Sequence record: NC_061451.1
Direction: 5' to 3' (one strand)
DNA length: 64,000 nucleotides
This document shows positions 27,701 through 37,753 of this stretch, in pieces. Position 1 is the first letter of the stretch; each line of letters starts with the position of its first letter. The notes beneath the pieces were generated by a model, which saw only the letters and a program-made list of their open reading frames with translations, was not told where the DNA came from and did not search any database. Made by a program: the position numbers and the translations under genes.

Positions 27701-30608
27701 AATTGAAGCGGTTAACGAACTCAACAGCACCACGTACGCGAACACGCACGCCACCAATGTCAACGTTGAACGTACCAGTCTGCAAGAAGCTCAGGCCAAC
27801 GATGAAGAGGGTGTTCTGGGGAGCCTGCTTAATCACGTCGTACATACGGTCTTCACCCCAGGAGTTCACGGTGTCAGACGTAATAGGTACGGCGTTCCAA
27901 CCATCAGCAATCTTGTGCAAGTCATCACACCAGTTCGATACGAGGTTGGTAGGGCAGATGATCAGAGGACGAATGTTCTCTTCACCCAGGTCATTCAGCT
28001 CCTGAATGGTAGCAGCAATATCGGACAGACCAATGATTGTCTTACCACCGCCAGGCGCGATAAAGACTGTAGCGTAACGCGGACGGCGGCGCAGTGTTTT
28101 GTGCGCTTCTACCTGATGTGGTAAGAGTGCAGCACCAGCTTTGAGTCCAGGAATACGAATGTCTTCAATCGTGATACCCTGATCAGGCTTAAGGCGTTCA
28201 ATCTCAGTTTCCGCAGATTCGAAGATCTCCAGAGACTTAGGAATGACCGCGCTGTACATCTTGGAGAACGGCAGAATGATTTGCTGCAAACGTTCTGCGC
28301 CTGGCGCTTCGTCGCTTTCAACCAGAGAGCTAAACAGCTTCTTACGATCAGCATTGCCGATAGCAGCAGCCAGCTCACGATACAGCGCACCACCGAAGTA
28401 GTTGTTCAGTCGCGCCATGTCGCTGATTTTGGCAGTCTGACCCATCACAAAGTAATGCGTGTGATTAGGCAGAGACTCCATAGCACCAGCAATGTCACCG
28501 CTCATCTCAGTAACGGTAGTCGCTACCATGTTCGAGCCGCGCAGGCCAGACGCATCGTTGAGCACGCGTAGCATGATACGCATAGCAATCAGACCAGAAT
28601 CACCCTGAGCCAGAGTAAAGTCATTCTCAATCAGACCCGCGTACAGGTTGTTGTCGAGAGAGCTTTCGGTCAGTGACGCGTTCTCTGCATCCATACCGAT
28701 TGCAGCACGCGCTTGCTTGATCAGCGTAGGCAGATCAGGCACCAGCTTGTGGTTGAATGCGAAAGAATACGCAGCCACAGTCTGTGCGATGATGCTAACA
28801 AGGCCATCAACTTCCGAGTCTTCGGTAGTCGTGAACACGATGGTCTTATCGTTGACGCTATCGATCAGTTTGCCCTTCGCAGCTTCCAGTTTAGCCGCCT
28901 GCAACAGCAGGTCATTAGCAACACGATACGAGGTCATGTTACCGCTAGACTGGTTGCTCATGATGTTGCGGATAACGTTCGACGCTGAGCGGAAGTTAGG
29001 CGTTTCGCCAGGCTCTGCAAAGTCGTAACCAAGCATATCAGCAACGTCTAACGAGTTAGGCGCTTTCATACCGACAGTACGGGTTTCGTTAACCGACAGG
29101 CCACCACCGTTCGAGGTGTTAACCACCAGCGCGAAGTCTGGGTCGACGCCGATACACACGTTGCTGAATCGCGTTAACGATTTGGCTTCCGCCTGCATCG
29201 AGTTATCGAAATCGAGGTTGCCGTTCTGAATAGCGAAGATGTTGGTACGCAGCGTCTGGTGTTCAGTAGACAGCGGTACGCCTTTCGCAAACAGATGTTC
29301 CAGCACGCGGTTCAATTCGGTTTCGTAGTTGCGCACCATCTCAACGTCAATGTCTTCACGGCGCGGCAACACAGACAGCGTACCGTTAGGCATGATGGTC
29401 AGATCGTTCTCATCTGCCACAACATCATGGACAGCGTAGCCGAACTTCTCACGCAGTTGTTTGAGCGCAGGCAGACCAGTAGCAGAGGTAACGTAACGTG
29501 GGATACGCGCAGCACGCGTGATACCAGTACGAGTAGAACCACTGATACGGAAGTAATAGCTCGTCCAGCCCTGGAACCAACGATACAGACACATGGTCTG
29601 AGTGTCAGCACCCTGAGAGATGTACTCAACCATCTCTTTGCTCAGGTTAACAATCAGGCCGCCTTCTGCGCGAATGTCGGTAGCAATTGCTACTTCGTTG
29701 AACTCCAGCGGATAGTCGTGGCTGATCTTCATCGCTTCGAGTTTGCGATCAATCATCTGCTTGCCTGGGATAGAGCGCAGGCCCAGAGTCATGAAGTCGC
29801 CGAGCGCATCAACAACGTCTTTGTCCAGATTACGGAACAGGTTGATATCCAGATTGTGCATCTTCGGGTGAACACCACGAAGCGCCGCGTTGTAGATAGA
29901 CCAGTCTTTGCCGAGAGGGATACGAACAACTTTGGTCTGGAACACGTTGGCGTTGGTACGCGCTTCACCGAAGATATCCTTGTACAGGGTCTTCGCGGCG
30001 TTGATAGCTGCCTGAGCAATATCAGAGCTATACACCTGAATGTTCATCTGCTCAAAGTTAGAGTCGTTATCGACACGAGGACGATCACTACCCTGACTGT
30101 TCGTAACGTTGAAGTTACCCGCACCAGCAGCTGGAGACTGCGGGCATGGCGTGCCTGACATGATAATGTCTTTGCCGCCTGGGTACACGGTACTGTTTTC
30201 GATGATAGCGCCTGAGGTATTACTCAAGTTCTCCGCTAACGCCGTTTTGATTTCACGCGACAGCTTACCGCTGTTCAGCAGCACCTGAATCTTGTTCGTG
30301 GACATGTCCACATATTGCTGCACACGCTTGGTGAACTCTTCTGGCGCTACTTCCAGAATGTCTTCGAACTCAGCACCATTACGGATGATGTAGTTGAGCA
30401 AGTCGAATGCTGCATAGATACGGGCGACAGTTGACGCAGAGAACACGGCCAGTGTTTCATAGTGACGGCGTGCTTTGCCTGTCACGTACATCTTGGACAT
30501 GAGCTGCTCGGAGCCGAACGGTACAGGTTTTACCGCCAGCGCCTGATTAAAGCTATCAGCAATTTGCTGGGTCGCTGTGGCGGAGGTACTGATAATCTGA
30601 TTCATCAT
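24774..30608 (-). CDS. Giant SWI2/SNF2-family ATPase/helicase (1944 aa)
   Basis: LLPHQ, APGGGKT, LIICP.NL..NW, LDESH, ATGT, VFTRY, EGHNMQ, WSPGTYDQSTARIFR; ~820-aa uncharacterised N-terminus. Confidence 0.88.
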   Translation of the reverse strand: MMNQIISTSATATQQIADSFNQALAVKPVPFGSEQLMSKMYVTGKARRHYETLAVFSASTVARIYAAFDLLNYIIRNGAEFEDILEVAPEEFTKRVQQYVDMSTNKIQVLLNSGKLSREIKTALAENLSNTSGAIIENSTVYPGGKDIIMSGTPCPQSPAAGAGNFNVTNSQGSDRPRVDNDSNFEQMNIQVYSSDIAQAAINAAKTLYKDIFGEARTNANVFQTKVVRIPLGKDWSIYNAALRGVHPKMHNLDINLFRNLDKDVVDALGDFMTLGLRSIPGKQMIDRKLEAMKISHDYPLEFNEVAIATDIRAEGGLIVNLSKEMVEYISQGADTQTMCLYRWFQGWTSYYFRISGSTRTGITRAARIPRYVTSATGLPALKQLREKFGYAVHDVVADENDLTIMPNGTLSVLPRREDIDVEMVRNYETELNRVLEHLFAKGVPLSTEHQTLRTNIFAIQNGNLDFDNSMQAEAKSLTRFSNVCIGVDPDFALVVNTSNGGGLSVNETRTVGMKAPNSLDVADMLGYDFAEPGETPNFRSASNVIRNIMSNQSSGNMTSYRVANDLLLQAAKLEAAKGKLIDSVNDKTIVFTTTEDSEVDGLVSIIAQTVAAYSFAFNHKLVPDLPTLIKQARAAIGMDAENASLTESSLDNNLYAGLIENDFTLAQGDSGLIAMRIMLRVLNDASGLRGSNMVATTVTEMSGDIAGAMESLPNHTHYFVMGQTAKISDMARLNNYFGGALYRELAAAIGNADRKKLFSSLVESDEAPGAERLQQIILPFSKMYSAVIPKSLEIFESAETEIERLKPDQGITIEDIRIPGLKAGAALLPHQVEAHKTLRRRPRYATVFIAPGGGKTIIGLSDIAATIQELNDLGEENIRPLIICPTNLVSNWCDDLHKIADGWNAVPITSDTVNSWGEDRMYDVIKQAPQNTLFIVGLSFLQTGTFNVDIGGVRVRVRGAVEFVNRFNFSYVMLDESHKVKNFSGGQSGSQVHFNTKAVFTAPSVRYARIATGTLVTDRVRDIVGQAALMTPAMFGDSLDVAYDGAKDDIEMIRRAHSRMSNHTAFISFKRKNWAFMLPNPIDTFIQVEIDDPTVPNSSLHQEVYNAMYAQVLEKLQEAANNAKRRAASAGEDDEEDGAEATASDDIDEDDIEEGDDLGALLAGNADLNMYFQRMEMMLTDPMGDDVARLTFENAGVTKFVSAKVLTIIERIRKHFEVQPERDPLVKEQQIFNWTQGVTPRELDMAVYQGQKYLARKQSEEFQRQTLPPSMVPPPEDPDYWKPEVQGKLIVFTRYTRAANAIYNSLPENYKKVAVVYHGEVGKLGQNKEANLDAFKTDDRVQILIANEQAISEGHNMQMGSRIIRCDTPWSPGTYDQSTARIFRPDVAAAVLDENGKPGDMKREAVFIDWVMTNKTLEVGKVARLMWKTLEKTRFDEKGNQRYEKLDQYQLAPIKMNASLLIDNNTMEDFKPYFLAKRDLNDIEAQEFQEMRKTTIAAMQPLPATPALRDFRIMEQVPIVANQKIPDRHNWGLERLLDWARNQNFSSGENVKDALNRAPVVTEFGNGIIVSVTVRTADGKLRADSPISTVRVRLAGGEEIVTVPANKVHYAGKVSPADLKRFFEVRKPWATAKDRKRVEAEAKRVEVEDTVTDETQTADSKATEKKVEAQERKNARVTQRKANKEEGKPINEGVEQAAARVRRRKAAELPPLDNKVRKAVRGTAVTLDDGTDMSLELTPTVYNGFVALYADATDPDAKALKDFEFTEFGDYVYIDCAYYSDFEKFLDFIEAKKLDFDGPSSRRLEFVQDFFDESTPKLSFNYQLAVKAQSQLKQFFQIRHTSAKDVKHIKAYPMVMEDRLRIMFDLATNPKVKRFVGTKIPNTRKFGTFSLSSGMWISFVKNVAGAKARINRIQKAGYSIPNMKQCLAALTKLKLTASKDKSV

Positions 30609-31102
30609 TCACCCAGTTTAGTGTAGTTGTCAATCACTGACTGCCACAAAGCAGGCACCTGAAGGCGACGATCAGCAGCAATGTCCGAGAGAGTCATTGC
30701 CAATGCGTATGCACGCAGAGGTTTGAGTCCTTCAAACTTATCACGAGTGAACACCGAACCTAATTGCTCGTTGGTCAGTTCGTTATACTGCTCGCGGTAT
30801 TCTGCACGATACTTAACGTAGTTACCGTCATCAACAGGAGTGGTGTCAGGCGCGGACTGTGCGAATTGAATCGTCTTAGCCATAGCATCCATCAACAGCA
30901 GAAGGTCTGCTTGATCGTATGGCGAAATGTCAGGCACGCCAGCTTTACCCAAAAGGTCCACAACTGATTGCGGCAATTGGATAGGCTCACGCGAATCTGA
31001 CACGGACTGCATAATCCCTTGAGCTGCACCAGCGTAGCGTTTATCACTACCAGCCAGTTCAGCCAAGAGAGAAACGAGTCGTGCGTTAATCTCTAAACTC
31101 AC
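30605..31102 (-). CDS. Hypothetical protein
   Basis: 165 aa; GTG start with AGGAG RBS. Confidence 0.75.
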   Translation of the reverse strand: MSLEINARLVSLLAELAGSDKRYAGAAQGIMQSVSDSREPIQLPQSVVDLLGKAGVPDISPYDQADLLLLMDAMAKTIQFAQSAPDTTPVDDGNYVKYRAEYREQYNELTNEQLGSVFTRDKFEGLKPLRAYALAMTLSDIAADRRLQVPALWQSVIDNYTKLGE

Positions 31103-31112
31103 GGTGATTCTC

Positions 31113-31895
31113 CTAAGTAAAAATGCTCTTGACCAAACTGTTGAGTTTCTTCTCTACGGCGGTGCGCTTGTGAGAAGTCAAAAAACAGCACAGTCTGCGA
31201 GACTGTAAGTGCAACGCAAAAGCATTACCCTTAACGCGCATACAGCTAATCCCCAGGTCCAGATTCCATGGATGCCACTGACGTGGTAATAACATGGCTT
31301 GCTGAATCGCCGGATAAGTGTCCGTAACAACAGGCGAAGGGGACTTTGCAAGTTTCTGAGTCAAATTATCAGTCTTGAACAAAGCCTTAGGCTGTTTGTT
31401 AGAAAACCAGTAAGGAACCTGTCTGTGGAGTATCTCACCCACTTTCGGGATTCCTGTGCGATTAGTCTGCGGCACGTATACCAAGTATATATCAACTGTC
31501 GTGTTAATGCAATTGGCTACGCGATTAAAATCGCTGGTGGTTCGTGAGTGTACCTCAGCAAGACGAAACTTGCTATTGAACTCAATACGTTGCAGCCAGC
31601 GTTTCAGATCTGTCTGTTGCAGTTTAAGCAGCGCACGCGCACTATCGATTGAATGACGAGTGACACGCGGCACAGGACGAATCAAATACTTTGTGCTGGT
31701 GCGAGACAGAGAAGACAGGAAGCCATCAACAACACGTTCCATGCCAAGAGGCTGTGGCAGCGAGTTGAACAAATCTACCGCTGTTTGTGTTGAGATGTAC
31801 GATCCCCAAGCATCAAGATACTCAGGGTCTACACAATCAGGGAAGTTCCGCAGATCGAGACCGACAGCAGAACCATAGGCTTTCAAACGACTCAC
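31113..31895 (-). CDS. Hypothetical protein
   Basis: 260 aa; GTGA overlap with the HNH gene stop. Confidence 0.7.
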   Translation of the reverse strand: MSRLKAYGSAVGLDLRNFPDCVDPEYLDAWGSYISTQTAVDLFNSLPQPLGMERVVDGFLSSLSRTSTKYLIRPVPRVTRHSIDSARALLKLQQTDLKRWLQRIEFNSKFRLAEVHSRTTSDFNRVANCINTTVDIYLVYVPQTNRTGIPKVGEILHRQVPYWFSNKQPKALFKTDNLTQKLAKSPSPVVTDTYPAIQQAMLLPRQWHPWNLDLGISCMRVKGNAFALHLQSRRLCCFLTSHKRTAVEKKLNSLVKSIFT

Positions 31896-32257
31896 CGTCT
31901 ACCTCCATGAAGCAACTTCGAACCTCTTCGGTTCGCTGAGCCTATCTGGTTATTATCACAATCATGGCACAGCAGCTCCAGATTGTGTTTGAGATTGCTT
32001 CCACCACGTGAGTGGGGAACTTTGTGGTTAAGAATCAGTTGTGGTGTACGCTTACCGCAACGTTCGCACGCTTGACCACGCTCATCGATGATCTGCATTT
32101 TGAATGCGTGCCACTCTGAACGGTCCATACGAACATGCGTACCAGCACGCGCACGCTCCATGCCTGAAACACCAGCAAGGCGTTGAGTAGTAGACAGGCT
32201 ACGACCCCGACCGCCATTCTGTCTTGCAGCGATACCGCCACGCGCTCTATATACCAT
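31892..32257 (-). CDS. HNH endonuclease (possibly packaging-associated)
   Basis: CERC...LNHKVPHSRGGSNLKHNLELLCHDC. Confidence 0.88.
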   Translation of the reverse strand: MVYRARGGIAARQNGGRGRSLSTTQRLAGVSGMERARAGTHVRMDRSEWHAFKMQIIDERGQACERCGKRTPQLILNHKVPHSRGGSNLKHNLELLCHDCDNNQIGSANRRGSKLLHGGRR

Positions 32258-32290
32258 GAGAACCTCCTACAGTTTATTTTACAGTTGTTT

Positions 32291-33112
32291 TTATGCTGAG
32301 GAGCTGAATATCTCAACTGTTTTATTCAAGCCCGCCTGGTACGCCATCTCAATGTCTTTGGCAGCGTTACGGATAATCTGCGTAACAGCAGCATCGGCTT
32401 TGGCGATCTCTTCGATAGCGAGGTTCTTTTTGTTCCACGCTTTGATCAGATGGTTAACACCAACAAGAATCGTACCAGCAGACTCTGCAAATGGACCCAT
32501 AACTTCGGCATTAAGGATTTCAGCAAGCTGGGAAACGTCACGCAACGCACGAAGGTCAGCAATGATTTCACGCATCTGATTGTATAGCTGCATCAGCGCA
32601 TAAATGTCACGGCTTTGTTTCTTGTCGCGGTAGTTCTCCTCACAGATACGAGCCATAGACTGACACTGACCAAACATTGTCATGTACTCGGCGATCTGTT
32701 CATTCTCTTGCTTGATAACGTCAGGTACTTCGGACAGCACTTCCATCAGTTCGCCTTCTAAGGCAACGAGGTCAGTACCACCCATAGACTTGACTTTCTT
32801 TTTCTTCTTCGCCTCTTTGATTGTCTCAACGGCGTTAGTTTTCTTCTTCTTTTTCTTCGCTTTCTTTTCTTCTTTCACGGCCAATGCTTTCTGTGTGGCC
32901 GCAATATCCGCATACATCTCATCGGCATCAATGCGCGTAGGCATAATGTCTTTCGAGCTATCGGATTTCTTTTTCTTTTTAACCTTCACGCCTTTGCTAA
33001 CTGTCTTAGCTTTCTTGACGGAAGTCTTTGCCTTCACCGTAGCCTTCTTTTTCTTCTTGACAGGAAGAGGCTGAGCGTGTGAGCCAATGTCGTCCAAGCT
33101 TATGGCTGGCAT
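32291..33112 (-). CDS. Hypothetical protein with poly-Lys N-terminal half and helical C-terminus
   Basis: 273 aa; several KKKKK runs. Confidence 0.75.
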   Translation of the reverse strand: MPAISLDDIGSHAQPLPVKKKKKATVKAKTSVKKAKTVSKGVKVKKKKKSDSSKDIMPTRIDADEMYADIAATQKALAVKEEKKAKKKKKKTNAVETIKEAKKKKKVKSMGGTDLVALEGELMEVLSEVPDVIKQENEQIAEYMTMFGQCQSMARICEENYRDKKQSRDIYALMQLYNQMREIIADLRALRDVSQLAEILNAEVMGPFAESAGTILVGVNHLIKAWNKKNLAIEEIAKADAAVTQIIRNAAKDIEMAYQAGLNKTVEIFSSSA

Positions 33113-33134
33113 AGTGAAATCCTCTGAGGAAATG

Positions 33135-33162
33135 AAAAAGGGAACCCTGTTAGGCTCCCTTT
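33135..33162 (-). terminator. Intrinsic terminator
   Basis: AAAGGGAGCC-TAACA-GGGTTCCCTTTTT. Confidence 0.7.
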
Positions 33163-33170
33163 AGGGTTTG

Positions 33171-33977
33171 TTAGAAGCTGTGTGCGCGAATACGATCAGC
33201 CAGAAGCGAGAAGTATTCAGGGCTGTAGCGATACACCTTAGCATAGTAGTCGAGCAGCTTAGGCACATCAACACCAGCAGCGGCAGACACGCTATCCAGC
33301 GCAGGGAACTGGCGCTCGTCAAGCTCATCGCTCGGCAGCACAGCCACCATTGAAGCTGAGGTGATTTGCTCGTTGTTACCTTCGAAGTCAACAACAAGGA
33401 AGCTGTTGTCGTCAGTAACACGCGCAGCAACGAAGCCAACGGTCAACGCACCAGACGCAGACACGAAGCTAATCATGTCACCACCCTGAGCACCAGCACG
33501 GTCAGCAGCATTAGCAGACAGAGCCTGGGCAACTTCTGGCAGACGTGCGTTCAGGTTGAAAGCAGCAGCGCCAGACACAGAACGAATCATATCGATCAGG
33601 TCGGCGTTATCGTTTGCTTCTGACTGGCGCACCAGAACATCTTCACCGCTTTCAGATTTGCGAACAGCCCACATGCGCTCTTGTTTGTCCATATACATGT
33701 TCTTGGACAGAGCCTGGAACTCATCGCCCATCTGAGCAACAGGAACGATATCCTGCATGCGGGTCAGAATGGTACGAACGAAGCTGGAGGTTTTACCCTG
33801 CTCAATCATCGAGGTCGCACCCTGAACAGGCATGAACTCGCGATCACAGGAAGCGCTCACGATAGCACCGAAGTTATCGGTAATATCTTCGTTTGGGGTA
33901 TGTGTAACTTGCACGATGGCCACACTCTGAGTGTCGTTGAGCTGGTCAATCTGCTTGATGAAAGCGTCCATTGTCAT
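33171..33977 (-). CDS. Putative virion structural protein
   Basis: Likely start ATG 33977 after CAGGAG; has its own TAATTT motif and terminator. Confidence 0.6.
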   Translation of the reverse strand: MTMDAFIKQIDQLNDTQSVAIVQVTHTPNEDITDNFGAIVSASCDREFMPVQGATSMIEQGKTSSFVRTILTRMQDIVPVAQMGDEFQALSKNMYMDKQERMWAVRKSESGEDVLVRQSEANDNADLIDMIRSVSGAAAFNLNARLPEVAQALSANAADRAGAQGGDMISFVSASGALTVGFVAARVTDDNSFLVVDFEGNNEQITSASMVAVLPSDELDERQFPALDSVSAAAGVDVPKLLDYYAKVYRYSPEYFSLLADRIRAHSF

Positions 33978-34002
33978 CTCCTGGGATATGTTTGACAATA
34001 TG

Positions 34003-34010
34003 AAATTAGT
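34003..34010 (-). promoter_or_regulatory. Putative late promoter (ACTAATTT)
   Basis: 26 nt upstream of ATG 33977. Confidence 0.55.
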
Positions 34011-34020
34011 ATTTCGAGGG

Positions 34021-35217
34021 TTACCTGGTCACGCTGTAACGCGCATTTACCCAGATACTTCGGTTACCAACAGTTGCCCACTTGGTAGTAGGAGCGTTTG
34101 TGATGCCGAGCTTGCCGAGAGAACGCGCGCCATCGATAGCACCAGAACCCTGAGAACCATCACCATCGTTGATACCAGCTTTCGACAGTTTGTTCTTCAA
34201 GTTGGTGACAGGACCTTGTATCTGTGTTTCGATTCTGCCCAAAGCAGCTTCGATAGCAGGGGTGCGGTCCATATTGAGGTTGACTACTTGCCCAGTGAAG
34301 TCAAAGGCCATACTGCCCTCTGCTTGCAACTGAGCGGCGAGCGCATAGTAACACGCACACGTTAGCCAACCATCAAGTATTGTACCTTGCATGTTCGTAC
34401 CACTAAAGCCCGTAACACGAGGGCCTACCATGTTGAACAGCGCAAGGCCACGATAGAGATAACCAATCAGATCAGCCTGAGTGTATTCCAACTCAGGTAT
34501 CACGTTAAATGCACGCGCTTTGTTTATATGGTCTTCGACAAAGGAAGCAGCGAGCAACACTTGAGGAGTGATTACCCACAGCTTATACGTGTACATCTTG
34601 GTTGTCTTACGTGTCGCAGAAGTGTGTGAGGCGATAAGCGAGATAGGTTCGAGGCGACGAGTCGCTACCCATACAGGCACTTTGAACACGCAGGTATCGG
34701 CGCGGTTCACAATCATCTTAACACCTGCATCGCTGGAACTAATGTCCGTCGCAATGATTTGGTTGTTGAGAGATAACTGGAAGCGCAGCTTATCGCCACG
34801 AGTATCAAAATGAAAAGGCAACGTTAGCTCAAACGTTTCTTCATCGCCAAACAAACACACAATGTCTGTTACACGGTTTTCAGTCAGAGGCTCAACGGTC
34901 AGTTCTTGGCGCGACTGCACGAGTCCCTCTTCGGACTCATATCGCCATGAGACAGTCAGACGTTTAGCGTCCGTAAGCCCCATGTTAGGAACTGCAAGGT
35001 CTGCGGTCCAATAGCCAGGCACTTCACCTGTCGTGGCAACCACTTGAGCAAGCACAGAACGATCTGAGGGATCGATGAGCGTTACCACAGGCCCCATGTC
35101 GTCTGACTGAGGATAAATCGGTTCGTCTAGGTCGTTGAAGAAACCTTCCTCAATGACCAATACGTTACCTTCAACAGTGCGCATATCAACCTGCCTTAGT
35201 GAGTCCCAGGTACTCAA
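34021..35217 (-). CDS. Putative head-tail connector/neck protein with Ig-like N-terminal region
   Basis: 398 aa; beta-rich N-terminus and helical adaptor-like C-terminus; call is tentative. Confidence 0.4.
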   Translation of the reverse strand: MSTWDSLRQVDMRTVEGNVLVIEEGFFNDLDEPIYPQSDDMGPVVTLIDPSDRSVLAQVVATTGEVPGYWTADLAVPNMGLTDAKRLTVSWRYESEEGLVQSRQELTVEPLTENRVTDIVCLFGDEETFELTLPFHFDTRGDKLRFQLSLNNQIIATDISSSDAGVKMIVNRADTCVFKVPVWVATRRLEPISLIASHTSATRKTTKMYTYKLWVITPQVLLAASFVEDHINKARAFNVIPELEYTQADLIGYLYRGLALFNMVGPRVTGFSGTNMQGTILDGWLTCACYYALAAQLQAEGSMAFDFTGQVVNLNMDRTPAIEAALGRIETQIQGPVTNLKNKLSKAGINDGDGSQGSGAIDGARSLGKLGITNAPTTKWATVGNRSIWVNARYSVTR

Positions 35218-36292
35218 TTAAATTGCGTAGCTGGTCATTGAACCCACCGGATATAAGCGCTCTCGCCATATTCAAGTGATTCGAAGAAACTGCACGCACA
35301 ACCTTAGCCTGATACTCTGGAACGTTTTGCATGTTCTGAGTCAGGTTGTAGAAATAGCTGCGCACAAAGTTAGTTCGCTCCACATTGCTCGCTTCCATAT
35401 CAGACGTATCTTGCGTCGGAGTAAGAAGCATATACAGGGCAGCAAGCAGTTCAGGAGTCGGGTCAACAATCTGCGATGCGATAGCGGCACTAAGTTTCAT
35501 CATGCCTTTCGCAACGAAGTCCGCGACAGTTTTGTCGATATACTCGGTGCCAGACTTGCCTACGTTCGGAAGGTACAGTTTCGGCAGAATGTACATGCAG
35601 AAGTAAAGAGGGAAGTCTTTACGCATAACGTCCGAGATAAGCATCTCTGAATAGTCTTTCCAGATGTTCACGTTGTAGTGCCATTCATCGTACGGCACAG
35701 TGCGCATCAGGTTAGACACACTCAGGTCGAGCACCTGATTGGCTGTCGTAGCCAAGTCGATGTAGTTTGCAGCAGGCGAAAGGGACGCACTCGAAACCAA
35801 TTGAACGTAGTTACGAGTCACAGCACCAACAGTGTTATAAATAACATTGAGGAACTCAAGTCCGTTGCCGTTAAGCGCGAACAACACAGAGCGAGGTAGA
35901 CCGACAGTCAGGTATTCGTTATTGTCAGCTACACCCCATAAACGCCAATAGCGCCCACGACCAAGCTGCGTCAGAGGTTGAGGCAGCACGCGGTTGGGGC
36001 GCGGCTTGAGGCAAAACGTGAAGCAGATACCGCTGTCAATCATGATCACTGAATCATCGGGACGATTCGAGTAACCCATCGACATTTGATTGTCGGTACT
36101 GAATACGTTAACCAGAGTGAAGTTCAGAGCTTTGGTGAAAGGCATCTGAGCTTCAATTATCTGGGAGATGACTTGGCGCAAGATAGTGTCAAGCACATAA
36201 GGAGAAGCACTTCGCATTTGTTGCGGTCGATACTGACCACCGAAAGTGCTTTCCTTGAATGTGCGATCTACCTTGTAGTGGGTCATTGCCAT
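35186..36292 (-). CDS. Hypothetical (probable structural) protein
   Basis: 368 aa in a co-directional late block. Confidence 0.7.
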   Translation of the reverse strand: MAMTHYKVDRTFKESTFGGQYRPQQMRSASPYVLDTILRQVISQIIEAQMPFTKALNFTLVNVFSTDNQMSMGYSNRPDDSVIMIDSGICFTFCLKPRPNRVLPQPLTQLGRGRYWRLWGVADNNEYLTVGLPRSVLFALNGNGLEFLNVIYNTVGAVTRNYVQLVSSASLSPAANYIDLATTANQVLDLSVSNLMRTVPYDEWHYNVNIWKDYSEMLISDVMRKDFPLYFCMYILPKLYLPNVGKSGTEYIDKTVADFVAKGMMKLSAAIASQIVDPTPELLAALYMLLTPTQDTSDMEASNVERTNFVRSYFYNLTQNMQNVPEYQAKVVRAVSSNHLNMARALISGGFNDQLRNLIEYLGLTKAG

Positions 36293-37581
36293 TACTTGAC
36301 CGACTGTTTAAGCAGACGCTTCTGTTGAGGACTCAGACCCATAACGTCGGAGATTTGATCAATCTTCGCCAGAGTCAGAACGCCTTTAGCAGTACCGCTA
36401 GAACCAGTCAGGCTGATCTTAACGAACTCACGTCCTTCACGACCTGTGACCAGCTGGTGGATAAGAGTGTTCTTACCGCTACGGCCTGCACGCAATGCGC
36501 TGCTTGCCATGCCCAGAATCTCGGTAACAGCTTCGCGCTTCTCAGAAGGAGACAGGCCAGGAACGAGACGCACATAAAGGCTGTCGTTCTGCACACGCAC
36601 GGAGTCGAAGATTTCTTTGTTACGACCACGAACGGTATGCTGGCGTTGACCCAACTGAGTCATGTTACGCAGGTCATCAGTCGAACGATTGATAGGCTTA
36701 CGTTCGCTGTAGTTCAGGAATCCATCCAGAGCCATCAGCTGGTTGATAGCACGCTTCATTTCAGGAGCGGTTTCAATCAGACGGCCAAGTGGGAACGAGT
36801 TAGGAACTTTCTCATCCACCAGCGAGGTGATGTAGTTTTCACTCAGACCAGTAGCCACTGCAATCTTGGTAGAGACTACGATAGCATAGGTCGGATAGTG
36901 CAGGCCGTCAGAGTTCACGAAGTTATCGATGAACACATAGGTCTGGAAGATGATTGGGTCAGTACCCTGCGCGATGAAAGTACGTGTACGAATCTTAGAG
37001 TAATCTTCTTTACTCAGAATCTTCGACAGGTAGTTAGCGATGGTAGCAGCCAACTTGGTGTGTTCTTTCGGTGCGCCGTTCTTAACGTCAATGCTCATCA
37101 AACGCACCAGCTGGGTCTGCTGGTCTTTGGCCTGATTGATAACACTAAGCAGTGACTTGGAAGCGCCTGTCTGATCTTTGAAGGCACTGAACGTTTTGCT
37201 ATTCAGAATCTGATAAGCAACGGACAACTCGCCGATAGCCTGAGACAACTGACTGACCTGAGCGTTATATTTAGCTTTGTTCTGGACGTCAGAAATATCA
37301 ATCTTCGACAAGTCGATCACTTGGTTCAGATCGATTGACTTGGCCTGTTTACCTTTGATTGAGCCTTCCAGATCAGAAAGTTCAATCGCTTTAGGGCTGG
37401 CGCTAACAGACAGCAGCTTCTTAGGAATGGTTACAGAAGTAGCAAGAGAGATAACGTTTTCAAGTACCTTCTTGAACTCTTTAGCAGTACGTGCATTACG
37501 CAACGCCACCATGTTCCCAGAGCCGTAATCAACGGATGCGCTGATGCTGCTAACTTCATTGTTTTTGGCAGTCTTAGCCAT
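36292..37581 (-). CDS. Putative virion/head protein
   Basis: Likely start ATG 37581 (GAGGA RBS); SSISA and LSVSA motifs near the N-terminus; GCTAATTT upstream at 37620-37627. Confidence 0.6.
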   Translation of the reverse strand: MAKTAKNNEVSSISASVDYGSGNMVALRNARTAKEFKKVLENVISLATSVTIPKKLLSVSASPKAIELSDLEGSIKGKQAKSIDLNQVIDLSKIDISDVQNKAKYNAQVSQLSQAIGELSVAYQILNSKTFSAFKDQTGASKSLLSVINQAKDQQTQLVRLMSIDVKNGAPKEHTKLAATIANYLSKILSKEDYSKIRTRTFIAQGTDPIIFQTYVFIDNFVNSDGLHYPTYAIVVSTKIAVATGLSENYITSLVDEKVPNSFPLGRLIETAPEMKRAINQLMALDGFLNYSERKPINRSTDDLRNMTQLGQRQHTVRGRNKEIFDSVRVQNDSLYVRLVPGLSPSEKREAVTEILGMASSALRAGRSGKNTLIHQLVTGREGREFVKISLTGSSGTAKGVLTLAKIDQISDVMGLSPQQKRLLKQSVK

Positions 37582-37693
37582 GATTATCCTCGGCTGGGGC
37601 AATTGTTCGAATCGAGTAAAAATTAGCGACAAGGAGCTGTTTATTTCTGATCTTAGCGCAGGAAGACTTTACAAATTTTTGACTGAGAATGAC

Positions 37694-37721
37694 AAAAGGG
37701 CCACCCGAAGGCAGCCCTTTT
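37694..37721 (-). terminator. Intrinsic terminator with UUCG loop
   Basis: GGGCTGCC-TTCG-GGTGGCCC-TTTT. Confidence 0.85.
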
Positions 37722-37753
37722 GTTTTCGCATCTGTGTAGCTGACCGAAGTCAA

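Noticed and set aside
15391-30608. Introns or inteins in the helicases and polymerase
   Set aside because: Frames are continuous, with no intein C/S...HN-C/S/T junctions and no LAGLIDADG or HNH inserts
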